64,000 bases of DNA. It comes from Octopus sinensis. Taxonomy: Eukaryota. Below the pieces are notes generated by a model. That model had not been told where the DNA came from. It saw only the letters and a list, made by a program, of their open reading frames with translations, and ran no database searches. Position numbers and translations under genes: made by a program. This document shows, piece after piece, positions 13,303-27,009 of this stretch. The stretch is from assembly GCF_006345805.1 (NCBI RefSeq), contig NC_043026.1, positions 2,108,001 through 2,172,000 of the forward strand. The letters are read 5' to 3'. Position 1 is the stretch's first letter. Each line of letters opens with the position of its first letter.

Positions 13303-13682
13303 ACAAAAGGGTGTGTATTTCCACACAGGAGAAAATATAGAAAAATTTGGGCTGAAAATGCACCTGAATTTGAAAAACTTGCAATTGTTTTTAAATAAAT
13401 TCATTTACATACAAACCAAACTAGTTTCAACAGTATTTTTGTTTAGTAATGTTAAAAATTAAAAATTGCAAAATAGAAAAACACGTTTAAAAGATTCAAT
13501 AATATCAATTATGATTTAAATGTTGACAACGTTCAATATTCTTGTTTAAATACAAAAAATTCAATAGTGTTAGAAGTGATCAATAAGAAATGTGGATCAC
13601 CAAGGGTTCGGTCATACTAAGTTAAACTAGCTCGTTAAGAAAATCTTGATAAGTGACAAAAGCAGAATATATACTGAGCTCG

Positions 13683-14060
13683 ACTGGCTTCTGTGCCGGT
13701 GGCACATAAAAAGCATCATCCGAACGTGGCCGATGCCAGCGCCACCTTGACTGGCTTCCGTGCCGGTGGCACATAAAAAGCATCATCCGAACGTGGCCGA
13801 TGCCAGCGCCACCTTGACTGGCTTCCGTACCGGTGGCACGTTAAAAGCACCAACCGATCGTGGTCGATGCCAGACTCCCCTGGCACGTAAAAAGCACCCA
13901 CTACACTCACGGAGTGGTTGGCGTTAGGAAGGGCATCCAGCTGTAGAAACACTGCCAGATCAGACTGGGGCCTGGTGCAGCCCCTGGCTTCCCAGACCCC
14001 GGTCGAACCGTCCAACCCATGCCAGCATGGAAAATGGACGCTAAATGATGATGATGATGA
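13683..14060 (+). mobile_element. RTE 3'UTR fragment with internal 67-bp tandem duplication
   Basis: Units start at 13683, 13750 and 13817; ends ccaacccatgccagcatggaaa...gatgatgat. Confidence 0.85.
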
Positions 14061-14379
14061 AGATGAAGTAATGTTTAACACCAGAGAGGGGATACCTGTT
14101 ATTTCAACAAGAGGAGGAGACCTCTTCCAGCTGGTCCTTCAGTGCGCTCCACATTCAATATACACTGCAAGCAGGGCAAGAACTCCCTACTCTTCCAGCT
14201 TCGGGACCACCAACTGCAAGGTTTCAACCTTTTCTATGGACATCCTTCGTAATGAAGACTCATCTGCTACAAGTCTCATGGATGCTTGACTGTGCATTGG
14301 ATAACCAGCTGGAAGTGGTGTCCTCCTGGGGTTAAATTAGCAGTGGCGTCTGTTCCCGTGTTTGGGTGGTGATAGATAT

Positions 14380-14860
<481 letters not shown>

Positions 14861-15098
14861 GTAAAAAGATTCAAGCGAGGTCATTGCCAGTACCGCTTGA
14901 CTGGCCCCCGTGCAAGTGGCATGTAAAAGCACCCACTACACTCTCAGAGTCGTTGGCGTTAGGAAGGGCATCCAGCTGTAAAAACTCTGCCAGATCAAGA
15001 CTGGAGCCTGGTGCAGCCATCTGGTTTGCCAGCCCTCAGTCTAACTAGTCCAACCCATGCTAGCATGGAAAACGGACGTTAAATGATGATGATGATAC

Positions 15099-15281
15099 AC
15101 AAAATTTAGAGGATTGACCACTAAAAGTGGACAGCCTGTATGCTAGATATAGATGTCAAAATCGCCATTTTCCACAGAGAATGTGTTATCAAGAAAAAAA
15201 TTAGCAAAAAACCAAAGCTTTTGACATCTATATCTAGCATACAGGCTGTCCACTTTTAGTGGTCAATCCTCTAAATTTTGT
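15099..15281. repeat. Perfect 63-bp inverted repeat with 57-nt spacer
   Basis: 15099-15161 vs 15219-15281. Confidence 0.95.
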
Positions 15282-15363
15282 ATGTAAAAAACTTTTAATC
15301 TTCGGATTTTTTAAATATGCTAGGCCACTGGTTTTAATTGATTAATATCAATTTCTACCCTTA

Positions 15364-15417
<54 letters not shown>

Positions 15418-15926
15418 TATAAAGTTTATCCAAACATGAAAACACAAAGAGAAAACACAACATCGAGAGGACGTGGAACAAGTATAGTGTTATTGGACGC
15501 TTAGGAAAGGAAAGGAAGAAGGAGGGATTAACGTCTTGAGTGGAGCTCTTCATCAGAAATATAAGAAGGGGAAAGATCCAAGGAAGGGAAGATGGAGGAA
15601 AAATAGTCGCCAACGAATTACACGCGGTCACATTTTGAATGAATTATATATAAAGTAGTCAATAGACTATATATTATATCTTTATACTTATACACATATG
15701 TAAACTCACACACACACACACACATATATGTATAAACACATACACATATATAAACTTGGACACGCATACTCATTAAAGATAGTGTGTTTTATGAGGGAGG
15801 TTTTGCTGCTATTTCTAGCAAGTTGGCTGACTACAGTAACGTCCTGCTCACAGCAGTAGCAAGACGTTGATCAAGTGCAGGAGTTACGTACCTTGACTGC
15901 GCTGAAGCAGAGAAAAGTTGTCTTAC

Positions 15927-16020
15927 CTTGAGTTAAAACCTCTTCCAGTGTGTGGAAGAGATATTTCTGTGTGTTTCCGCTGAGGCTGGACAGTTTGGTG
16001 GTTATCAAGATTTCCAGCAG
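15927..16020 (-). CDS. FBXO32: FBXO32/25 coding exon 4 (94 nt)
   Basis: Not in the ORF track. Acceptor cttcctgtcgcag|, donor G|gtaaga. LLEILITTKLSSLSGNTQKYLFHTLEEVLTQ resembles [28 protein letters not shown]. Confidence 0.95.
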
Positions 16021-16409
16021 CTGCGACAGGAAGCAGAAAGATTACAAATAAATGAATGAATGTATAGAGGCGTACCAGTGTCTATATATGGAGACGTGTG
16101 TGTATGAACATGTGTGTGCATATATATATATATATCTTTCACTTGTTTCAATAATTTGACTGTGGCCACGCTGGAGCACCACTTTCGAGGGTTTTACTCA
16201 AAGAAATCAACCCCAGGATGTACTCTTTGTAAGCCTCTGTCTGTTTTGCTGAACTGCTAAGATAAAGGAACATAAACATACCAACACTGGTGATGCCAGG
16301 GGGACAAAGCAAAATTTCCATACTTCCTAGGGGGCAGCAAATAGGAAACAACAGCTGCTACCCAAGGGTAGAAATCTTGTTACCCAGTGTAATTCATACC
16401 CGTGTTCAG

Positions 16410-16553
16410 ACATGGCTGAGTGGTAAAGTTTGCTTCTCAACCACATGGTTCCAGGTTCAATCTCACTTAGGTAAGTGTCTTCTACCAGAGTCCCAGGCTG
16501 ACCAAAGCCTTGTGAGTGGATTTGGTAGATGGAAACTGAAAGAAGTGCATCAG

Positions 16554-16589
<36 letters not shown>

Positions 16590-16590
16590 A

Positions 16591-16621
<31 letters not shown>

Positions 16622-16840
16622 ATCTTTGTGTCTTTGTTTGTCCCCCTCCACCACTTGACAACTGGTGTTAGTGTGTTTACATCCCTATAACCTAGCGCTT
16701 CAGGAAAAGAAACTGACAGAATAAGAACCAGGCTTTAAAAGTAACAAGTACTGGGGTCAAGACATTTCACCAACAATTCTTCAAGGAGGTGGTGCCCCAG
16801 CATGGCCGCGGTCAAATGACTGAAACAAGTAAAAGATAAA
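16410..16840 (+). mobile_element. SINE family 1 (diverged)
   Basis: Same head, core and tail as 12591-12987. Confidence 0.8.
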
Positions 16841-16898
16841 ATACACACACGCACACTCACACTGTATATATTTAAGGTGAGTGGAAGTGTTTACTCAC

Positions 16899-16991
16899 AG
16901 AACAAACATAGTTGAATCTGCGAACATCCTTCACAGCTCCACTGAGATCGAGTCGGATGAAAGCTTCACTCACACTCGTGTGAATTTTCCT
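16899..16991 (-). CDS. FBXO32: FBXO32/25 coding exon 3 (93 nt)
   Basis: Acceptor gtatttccag|, donor TCT|gtgagt. RKIHTSVSEAFIRLDLSGAVKDVRRFNYVCS resembles vertebrate EAFNRLDF...DSRRFNYV. Confidence 0.95.
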
Positions 16992-17500
16992 CTGGAAATA
17001 CACGAAATTTAGATAAATGATTCTCAATTGATAATAAGTGAGTAGAGTAAATACTAATGAGTGGGTGATATATGAGTGTGAGTGATGGAATGACAGAATC
17101 TGTTGAAGAACCATAATAGGTGAATGAGTGCAGGCGAGGCGTAAGGCAGAGTGAATGAGTTGAGTGTTTGGATTGAGCAAGGATTGGTGCAGATACAGTG
17201 AAGAATGAGTGAATGTGAGTGATGAATAAAGTGAGCACAAGCACAATGATTGATTAGTGAATGATAACTAAAGTGAAGGAGAGAAGGGGTCATTCATCCT
17301 TCATTTATTCTGAAGATGACAAGGCTACTCTGTGGACTTTCCTATTTGCTTCTGTCTAGAAATCAAAGGAAATTTACTGCTATTCCCTTCAAACTTTGCT
17401 TCCGTGACATGGACGTTAATGTTTTGAAACTGACCTATTTTCCATTACATTTCAGACAGATTCAGTACTGAGTTGCTGAAGCAGAAATATCATTATTTCA

Positions 17501-17903
17501 GGCGCAGGAGTGGCTGTGTGGTAAGTAGCTTGCTTATGAACCACATAGTTCCGGGTTCAGTCCCACTGCGTCGCACCTTGGGCAAGTGTCTTCTACTATA
17601 GCCTCGGGCCGAACAAAGCATTGTGAGTGGATTTAGTAGACAGAAACTAAAAGAAGCCCGTCGTATATATGTATATATATGCGTGTGTGTGTTTGTGTGT
17701 CTGTGTTTGTCCCCCCAACATCGTTTGACAACCGATGTTGGTGTGTTTACGTCCCCGCCACTTAGCGGTTCGGCAAAAGAGACCGATAGAATAAGTACTG
17801 GGCTTACAAAAGAATAAGTCCCAGGGTCGAGTTACTCAATTAAAGGCAGTGCTCCAGCATGGCTGCAGTCAAATGACTGAAACAAGTAAAAGAGTAAAGA
17901 GTA
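17501..17903 (+). mobile_element. SINE family 1, full length
   Basis: Same head, core and tail. Confidence 0.9.
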
Positions 17904-19014
17904 AAGAGAGTATTATAGCCATTAGTCTGCCCAGTATGACAGATTTGCTGGTCAGTTGCTTGACCGTAACCACTTGAGCTGACAACCCTCAGTGGCTGAC
18001 AAACATGAGCATCTCTGATGACGAGGGGGATCATCACAGCCACATGATAAGAGGAATTCTTTGGAGTTTGAATAAATGTAACAGAAGCAATGTTTGGAGG
18101 AAATATCAGCAATTTTTCATGCTTTTTAGGGGTCAGCAAACAAGAAATATCAGTTGCTTACCCAAGGGTAAAAATCATGTTATACTGTGTTATTAGCTTT
18201 ACTCTTTGAGGGTCCAGAAGAGAGTTTCTTTGGTTAATATTGGCATAAATTAAGACGGTGAGCGGGTAAAATGGTTAGCAGCATTTTGTCCATCTTCACA
18301 CTCTAAATTCAAATTCACTCTAAATTCAAATTCCACCAAGGTCAACTTTACTTTCCGTCCTTTTAAGGTGGATAAAATAAGTACCAGCTGCACACTGGGG
18401 TCGATGTAATCAACGTACCCCTCCCCTTAAATTGCTGGCCTTGTGCCAACATTTGAAACCAATATTGGCATAAATTCTACAATTAGAGTGGGGTTACATG
18501 ATAAAGGAATCAGGACCGAGTGAGAATCTTGCTTTCCACGCAGCCCCTTACCTTTTTCAGCTTCCCTGGTCATATCTGATTCTGTGTGCTGTACTCCGCA
18601 GTGCCCTAAGTGACACTGAGTGACCTTGAGTAGGATGTTCCACTCTTGACTGTTCTAAGTTACACTTTTCGAGGTCATCTTGGGAGCACTTTTATATCTC
18701 TTCTTTGGTCCACCACGCAACCAAGAACCAACAGCAGGTAGAATAAAGGATCAGACTGAGTGTGAGTGATGAGTGAAGACGTGTGAGTGATGAGTGAAGG
18801 AGTAAAGGGTGAGTGATGTGTGAAGTGTGAGTGATGAGTGAAGTGCATATGTGAGTAATGAGTGAAGTGTGTGTGTGTGATGAGACACATACATAGAAAG
18901 TGATGAGGTAGGAGTAAACTGATGGATCTTGCTGAAATAGAAATTTGTTGGATTTTCACCCCTCCTCCTCCCTTCCCCCCACCCCCCTCTGCCAAACCCC
19001 ATTTTCACACTTAC

Positions 19015-19114
19015 CTCCCTTGAAGTGCCTTTCACAAACTGAATATGGGGTTGGTGGTTGACGTGGGTGTTTTCTTGGCGCCAATACCAGTCTGTCAAGG
19101 CCAGTCGAACCAAC
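19015..19114 (-). CDS. FBXO32: FBXO32/25 coding exon 2 (100 nt)
   Basis: Acceptor tgtctttgaaacag|G, donor GAG|gtaagt. Encodes (R)LVRLALTDWYWRQENTHVNHQPHIQFVKGTSRE; phases match both neighbours. Confidence 0.92.
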
Positions 19115-19235
19115 CTGTTTCAAAGACACAAAATGAACAAAAGATAAGGAATTGCTCCACCACTTCACACTGTTTCTGTCACTCTCTCTCTTTCTCTACC
19201 TCTCTTCAAAACAAAATAAAGGCACAATCAGTATA

Positions 19236-19394
19236 GGCATTTGAGTGGCTGTGTGGTAAGTAGCTTGCTTACCAACCACATGGTTCCAGGTTCAGTCCCA
19301 CTGCATGGCACCTTAGGCTAGTGTCTTCTGCTATAGCCTCGGGCTGACCAAAGCCTTGTGAGTGGATTTGGTAGACATAAACTGAAAGAAACCC

Positions 19395-19439
<45 letters not shown>

Positions 19440-19676
19440 ATATGTGTGTGTGTGTGTGTATGTGTGTGTGTGTGTGTGTGTGTATGTTTGTCCCCCCAAC
19501 ATCGCTTGACAACCGATGGTGGTGTGTTTACATCCCTGTAACTTAGCGGTTCGACAAAAGAGACCGATAGAGTAAGTACTAGGCTTACAAAGAATAAGTC
19601 CTGAGGTCGATGTGCTCGACTAAAGGCAGTGCTCCAGCATGGCCACAGTCAAATTACTGAAACAAGTAAATAAAAG
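19236..19676 (+). mobile_element. SINE family 1, full length
   Basis: Same head, core and tail; about 120 bp from the exon 2 acceptor. Confidence 0.9.
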
Positions 19677-19687
19677 AAAAACTATAA

Positions 19688-20240
19688 CAAATTTCAAACC
19701 TGAGTTCTCATTCCTAACGTATTTTTTGATGTTGTTGTTATCATTATTATTATTATTATTATTATTAATATTATTATTATTATTAATATTATTATTATTA
19801 TTAATATTATTATTATCATTATTATTATTAATATTATTATTATCATTAATATTATTATTATTATTATCATTATTATTATTAATATTATTATTATTATTAA
19901 TATTATTATTATTATTATTATTATTATCATTATTATTCAGCTCACTGCCTGGAATCGAACATGGAATCATAGGATTAGTAGCCCACGCTCTTAACCACTA
20001 TGCCATATGCCCGTGATTCCAAGTTCGATTCCAGGAAGTGACCTGAATAATAATGATAATAATAATAATAATAATCATAAGAAAAACACCAACATCATAA
20101 AATAAACTTAGGAATGAGAACCGAGGTTTGAAATTTCCCCAAAACACCTGATGAAGGCTGGAGGGTATACCAGCCGAAATGTTGTGTTAACAACAAACAA
20201 GATGAGGACAAATATCCGTCAAATGTAATTATTGTAAATA
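19688..20240. mobile_element. Head-to-head pair of a tRNA-headed SINE (family A) whose 3' part carries a hammerhead motif
   Basis: Minus copy 20012-19688 has an A box (19995-20005) and B box (19951-19960). Plus copy 20013-20240 starts just before its B box and runs into the hammerhead motif. Confidence 0.75.
20143..20190 (+). ncRNA. Type I hammerhead motif within SINE family A
   Basis: AACAC-CTGATGA-A-GGCTGG/CCAGCC-GAAA-TG-TT-GTGTT. Confidence 0.7.
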
Positions 20241-20676
20241 ATGTAAAATAAGCACCAGTTGAACTCTGGGGCTGATGTAATTGACTTGTCCCCTCTCCAG
20301 AAATTGCTGGCCTTGTGCCAAAATTTGAAACCAATATAGTAACTTTGTCTGTTATCTTTTACATGTTTCAGTCACTGGACTGAGGCAATGGAGGGGCCCT
20401 CAATTGAAGGGGTTTTAATCAAACAAATCAACCCCAATACTTATTTTGTTTCTAAAGTCTGGCACTTATTTTATCAATTTCCTTTTGCCAAACTGCTAAG
20501 TTATGAAATATGTGTGCTAGGTGTGTGGTAAGAAGCTTGCTTTGTAGCCACATGGTTCAAGGTTCAGTCCCACTGTGTGGCACCTTGAGCAATTGTCTTC
20601 TACTATAGCCTTAGGCCAACCAAAGCCTTGTCTGTAGATTTGGTTGATGGAGGCTGAAAGAAGCCCATCGTATGTA

Positions 20677-20708
<32 letters not shown>

Positions 20709-20711
20709 CAT

Positions 20712-20767
<56 letters not shown>

Positions 20768-20774
20768 ATATATG

Positions 20775-20808
<34 letters not shown>

Positions 20809-20842
20809 TATACTTTATTTAAAGCAGCAGAAAATTCAACAA

Positions 20843-20888
20843 AATCTGTTACTCTGAGTTTCCCGTTCCCGTTTGTCGGACAGTTTTT
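20843..20888 (-). ncRNA. Hammerhead-like motif, family D (decayed)
   Basis: CTGT-CCGACAA-ACG-GGAA-CGG-GAAA-CTCAGAG-TA-ACAG. The 3' half, with intact ACG-GGAA-CGT, is at 54407-54433 (+). Confidence 0.5.
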
Positions 20889-21014
20889 GCTAGAATGGAA
20901 CCAATATCGGTTCCATTCTAGCATATTACTCTACCACTGGTATTTGAGTACTCTTTTTTCCACCTTGTTTCGCATTTATGTGTTTACTCCGGTATATATA
21001 TATATATATATACA

Positions 21015-21408
21015 GGCGTGGTTGTGTGGTAAGTAGCTTGCTTACCAACCACATGGTTCCAGGTTCAGTCCTGCTGCGTGACATCTTGGGCAAGTGTCTT
21101 CTACTATGGCCTCGGGCCAACCAAAGCCTTGTGGGTGGATTTGGTAGACGGAAACTGAAAGAAGCTCATTGTATATCTGAATGTGTATGTGTGGTTGTGT
21201 GTCTGAGTTTGTCCCCCCAACATCGCTTGACAACTGATGCTGGTGTGTTTACGTCCCCGTAACTTAGCAGTTAGGCAAAAGAGACCAATAAAATAAGTAC
21301 CAGGCTTAGAAAGAATAAGTCCTGGGGTCAATTCGTTCAACTAAAAAACACTCTTCAAGGTGTTGCCCCAGCATGGTAGCAGTCTAATGGCTGAAATAAG
21401 TAAAAGAT
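21015..21408 (+). mobile_element. SINE family 1
   Basis: Same head, core and tail. Confidence 0.85.
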
Positions 21409-21716
21409 CATATATGTAGTATTTTGTGTTGTTTATATTACACATGTTTCATATATATACACATTATACATGTGTATGTGTGCATGTAAAAAGCACCATG
21501 ACTGACCCTCGTGCCAGTGGCACATAAAAAGCACCCACTACACTCTCAGACTGGTTGGCATTAGGAAGGGCACCCAACTGTAGAAACATTGCCAGATCAG
21601 ATTGGAGCCTGGTGCAGCCAATGGCTCTCTGACTTCAGTCAAACCGTCCAACCCATGCCAGCAGGGAAAACGGACTTTAAACGATGATGATGATGATAGG
21701 TATTATATATATAATA

Positions 21717-22100
21717 GGCGCAGGGGTGGCTTGCTAACCAACCACATGGTTCCGGGTTCAGTCCCACTGCGTGGCACCTTGGGCAAGTGTCTTCTGTTAT
21801 AGCCTCGGGCAGACCAAAGCCTTGTGAGTGGATTTGGTAGACGGAAACTGAAAGAAGCCTGTCGTATATATGTATATATATCTATATGTATGTGTGTGTG
21901 TGTTTGTGTGTCTGTGTTTGTCCCCCTAGCATTGCTTGACAACCGATGCTGGTGTGTTTATGTCCCCGTCACTTAGCAGTTCAGCAAAAGAGACTGATAG
22001 AATAAGTACTGGGCTTACAAAGAATAAGTCCCGGGGTCGATTTGCTCGACTAAAGGCGGTGCTCCAGCATGGCCACAGTCAAGTGACTGAAACAAGTAAA
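21717..22100 (+). mobile_element. SINE family 1, full length
   Basis: Same head, core and tail. Confidence 0.9.
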
Positions 22101-22774
22101 AAAAAAAATAATAAAAATATATATGGCGTTAGGAAGGGCATCCAGCTGTAGAAACACTGCCAGATCAGACTGGGCCTGGTGCAGCCCCCTGGCTTCCCAG
22201 ACCCCGGTCAAACCGTCCAACCCATGCCAGCATGGAAAACAGGCGTTAAACGATGATGATGATGATGATGATGATTAAAGCCAAGTGAAACCATATTTGT
22301 GACTGATGCTGGTGTCACGTAACTGGCACCCGCGCCAGTGGCACATAAAAAGCACCCATTACACTCTTGGAAAACACGGAAAGCCTAAATGATGATGATG
22401 ATGATGATGATGACATATATGCATTATATATGCATTATGTGTTTCGTAATGCACATGACCCCTCACTCCCATGCAAAACCAGTCTGTGCAGCAAAAAAAA
22501 AAATTGATTGGGGACCTCAATGAAGATCATAGTAATCTCTAACGGAGGCTGGGGGCCAGGACTGTGTGGGGAGGGGAGCTGGGGCTGTAGGTGACAGGTA
22601 CATTATTTTAGTGGGCCTTGAAGGATGAAGGGCTAAGGTTGGCTTTAGCAGGATTTGAACTCAGAATACTGCACAGCATGGTATACTGCTCTGATGGTTC
22701 TGCCAGTTCCCCATCGTTGAAGATAACAATGATGGTGATGATAGCAAGGCTGATGATGCAGATGCTGACGGAGG

Positions 22775-22815
22775 TAGTGATGAGATGATGATGATGATGG
22801 TGATGATGATGATGG

Positions 22816-22847
<32 letters not shown>

Positions 22848-22856
22848 GTGAAGATA

Positions 22857-22888
<32 letters not shown>

Positions 22889-23587
22889 GATGGTGATGAT
22901 GGTGAAGATGATGATGATGATGATGATGATAATGATGGTGATGATGATGATGATGGTGAAGATGATGATGATGATGATGTCAACAACAGTGGTATTGATG
23001 AGATGATGATGATGATGAAGATGATGATGATGGAGGTAGTGACGAGATGAAGATGACAGCAGTGGTGTTGATGGTGACGAGGATGCTGATAATAATGATG
23101 GTGGCTGTAAATAGAGCAGAATTATGATGGTGGTGGTGGCGGTGACCATGACACTGAGGGTGGTGGTGGTGGCGGTTGTGGTTTTGGTGGTGGTGGTGGT
23201 GGTACAATGTTATACAGTGGTGTGATGTTCTCTTTTAGCATTTCATCTTTTGTTTCCGCAATGACTCATTTCACAGCAGAATGAGGACTTTTGTATAGCA
23301 CTGTCTAAAAATGGTGGTGGTGGAGGTGGTGGTGTCCCTGATGGCGGAGGTGGTGGTGGTTGCAATGGAAGGTGATGAATTCATGGTGGTGATGGTGGTT
23401 GTGGTGGTGGTGAAAGTAGTTTTTAGTATTGTGGAGAAGGTAGTATTGATGTAGTGGTAGTGGTGGTTAGAATCCTGTAATGGTGGGGAAGGTAGTAGTT
23501 GGAGTGGTGGAGAACAACAGGTGTCGATAGCTATCATCATCATCATCATCCTCACAATAATGATGGCAATGACAACGACAATGATAC

Positions 23588-23640
<53 letters not shown>

Positions 23641-23770
23641 GTGGTGGTGATGATGATGGTGGTGATGATGATGTTGGTTATGGCAGAAGCAGCAGTGGCC
23701 ATATTGAGCTAGTTGTCTGTGGGTGGTGGTGGTGGTGGTGGTGGTTGTAATGGTGATGGTGGTGGTAGCC
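22775..23770. repeat. (GAT)n/(GGT)n low-complexity region
   Basis: Simple repeat. Confidence 0.95.
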
Positions 23771-23955
23771 ACAATGCTGTTTAGCCCTGTGTCAACAATG
23801 AGTAAGTAGACTTATTCGTGATCATCAGTATTCTGTCCATGACCATCCAGTTCTTACATAAGACAATCATTTTATGGGATTTTGGCTGCTATTTCAAGCA
23901 GTTTGAGTAACCATGTAAAAGCTCCCTCATTTGCTGTGTTGTTGTTCAGCCCATC

Positions 23956-24006
<51 letters not shown>

Positions 24007-24340
24007 CATGTGTATGTCTGTGTCAGTATTTGTCTCCCTACCATCACTTGACAACTGATGTTGGTGTGTTTACATCCCTGTAACTTAAGCGCAGGCATGG
24101 TTGTATGGTAAAAAGCTTGCTATCCAACCACAAGGTTCCGGGTTCAGTCCCACTGCATGGCACCTTGGGCAGGTGTCTTCTACTATAGCCTCAGGCTGAC
24201 CAAAGCCTTGTGAGTGGATTTGGTAGACGGAAACTGAAAGAAGTTTGTTGCATATGTGTGTCTTTCTGTCTGTAATTGTCCCCACCACCACCACCACCAC
24301 CAATCACTGCTTGACACCCAGTGTTGGCATATCCCAAAGT

Positions 24341-24788
24341 ATGCCAATACACACAGATAGAGAAATTAAGGCCAACAGGCCAGATATAGTTGTCAGAGAT
24401 CACAAAGAAAAATAATGCTTTCTAATTGATGGATCAATACCAGCAGATGACAACGTGTCTCTAAAAGAAATGGAGAAACTTTCAAAATACAAAGACCTGG
24501 AAATAGAGGTAACCAGAATGTGGAATCTAATAACTGAAACAATTCCTATCATAGTAGGTGCATTAGGCATGATAAAAAAATATTCAGACAAATACATAAC
24601 AAAAACACCAGGACTTACAAACACATATAACATACAGAAAATTGCACTACTAGGCACTGCACACATCCTACGCAGAACACTTTCCATACAATAACCATCA
24701 GAGCATCACAACAAATCACAGCACATACCCAAGGCACACAGAGCTGCGCTCGGTAGTGAAGTGAAAGCACCCTATAAAAATAAAACTA

Positions 24789-24838
<50 letters not shown>
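24341..24838 (+). mobile_element. R4/Dong-like non-LTR retrotransposon 3' end (restriction-like endonuclease)
   Basis: IKANRPDIVVRD...FLID.SIP...EKLSKYKDL (PD..D..K), ending ALLGTAHILRRTL; then 3'UTR and (TAA)n tail; one in-frame stop. Confidence 0.88.
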
Positions 24839-24839
<1 letters not shown>

Positions 24840-25158
24840 CCTTTCTACTAGAAGCACAAGGCCTCGAATTTTGGGGGAAGGGATTAAGCCGATTACATCA
24901 ACCCCAGTATGTAACTGGTGCTAATTTTATCAACCTCGAAAGGATGAAAGGCAAAGTTACCCTCGGCGGAATTTGAACTCAAACCTAATGGCAGACAAAA
25001 TACCGCTAAGCATTTTGCTCAGCGTGCTAACGATTCTGCCAGCTTGCCACTTTGATAATAATAATGATGATGATGATGATGATAATAATCACCCCCCTCT
25101 ATTGCTACAAATACTAATAACAACCCTAGTCCCACTACTACTGTTACTACTACAAATA

Positions 25159-25195
<37 letters not shown>

Positions 25196-25499
25196 ATTTT
25201 TGGCACCCAGGTGACAGATGAGGTGGGGGTCGATACACAGACATAAAGTCTGTGTGTGTGTGAGGTGGGGGGGCTAAATAAAATGGGATGGTTTAAAAAA
25301 GCAAAAAAATACACTAGGATGATGATGATGATGGTGGTGATGATGATGATGGTGATGATGATGATGGTGGTGGTGGTGGTGACTTTTACAATGATGGTTT
25401 TTTAAAAATTGCCACAGGGGGACATTAAGAAGGACAGTGCACAATTTGTTGTGGAGGGGTTTAAATAAAAAGATGAGGGGAAAATAAAAACGATGACAA

Positions 25500-25524
25500 T
25501 GATAATGATGTTCATGATGATGAC

Positions 25525-25564
<40 letters not shown>

Positions 25565-25668
25565 GCACCAATAATGTTAATAAAATGTTAAATATAAAAA
25601 ACATACAAAGTGTGTTAATAATCGTAATAATAATAATGATGATGATGATGATGATGCGGATGATGATG

Positions 25669-25737
<69 letters not shown>

Positions 25738-25749
25738 ATGATGATGATG

Positions 25750-25832
<83 letters not shown>

Positions 25833-25848
25833 AATAATAATAATAATA

Positions 25849-25887
<39 letters not shown>

Positions 25888-25902
25888 ATGATGATGATGA
25901 TG

Positions 25903-25971
<69 letters not shown>

Positions 25972-25989
25972 ATGATGATGATGATGATG

Positions 25990-26083
<94 letters not shown>

Positions 26084-26085
26084 CA
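25500..26085. repeat. Alternating (GAT)n/(AAT)n compound microsatellite
   Basis: Blocks recur with higher-order periodicity. Confidence 0.97.
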
Positions 26086-26499
26086 AACCATTTCAATGAT
26101 GTTGATTATGATGAAAAGGTTTTCTATAAATAGCGAATCCTTGACGGAATTTTCATTGAATTTCTACTGAATGGGATGCAAGACAAAAAAAAAAAGGTAG
26201 ATGGGAAGGGGGGGAAATGATTATGATGGGGAGAAGGGTTAGGGGGCTGCTGCTGCATTGCAGAGATGGTAGTGATGATGATTTTGATGGTAGCTTAGGA
26301 TCAGATGCACTCATCCCCACACCAGAAACATACATGCAGGTATATGTGAATGCATGCATATATATATATATATATATACACACACGAACATATATACATA
26401 TATACATGTTTATATTTGTGTGTGTGTATATATATATTTATATGTATGTATACATGAAGCTGAAATGACAAATTGCAACTATTTTAGTTTCTTGCCGTT

Positions 26500-26565
<66 letters not shown>

Positions 26566-27009
26566 TTTACTCTCATCAATTTCTTGAAGCCCCATTTGAA
26601 GAGGATGTCGAGGATAGAAAGGAAGGGGCAGACTCTCTTCCAGTGAAAGGTGGGTGATGGTGGGGGGGGGGGGTGAGACCAGAAAGTCTGAATTGGTTTC
26701 TAAGTCTAAAGAAACAAAATGGAAGGGTCCACTTTCAATGCCGAGGGGTTGGCAGAGCAATCTCAGCCTTTTTCTGGGAAGTTTTCCCCAAACTACTCCA
26801 ATTAGATGCTCCACTGTTGGGAATATTATAAACCATCATCATCATCATCATCATTCAGTGTCTGCTTTCCATGCTGGCATGGGTTGGACAGTTTGACTGG
26901 AACTGGTAAACCAGAGAGACGTACCAAGTTCCAGTCTGATCTGGCATGGTTTCTATGGCTGGATGCCCTTCCTAACGTCAACCACTCCAAGAGTGTAATG
27001 GGTGCTTTT

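Noticed and set aside
14075-14350. Non-repetitive-looking segment (ORF 13918-14289)
   Set aside because: No recognisable protein motif or usable splice phase; probably a decayed repeat.
18552-18654. Exon-like segment with donor G|gtaagg between exons 2 and 3
   Set aside because: Open frame is phase 0 to 1, which breaks the reading frame; no family similarity.
19940-20012. tRNA gene (also 46780-46853 and 57940-58011)
   Set aside because: A and B boxes are present but no proper acceptor stem, and SINE bodies follow.
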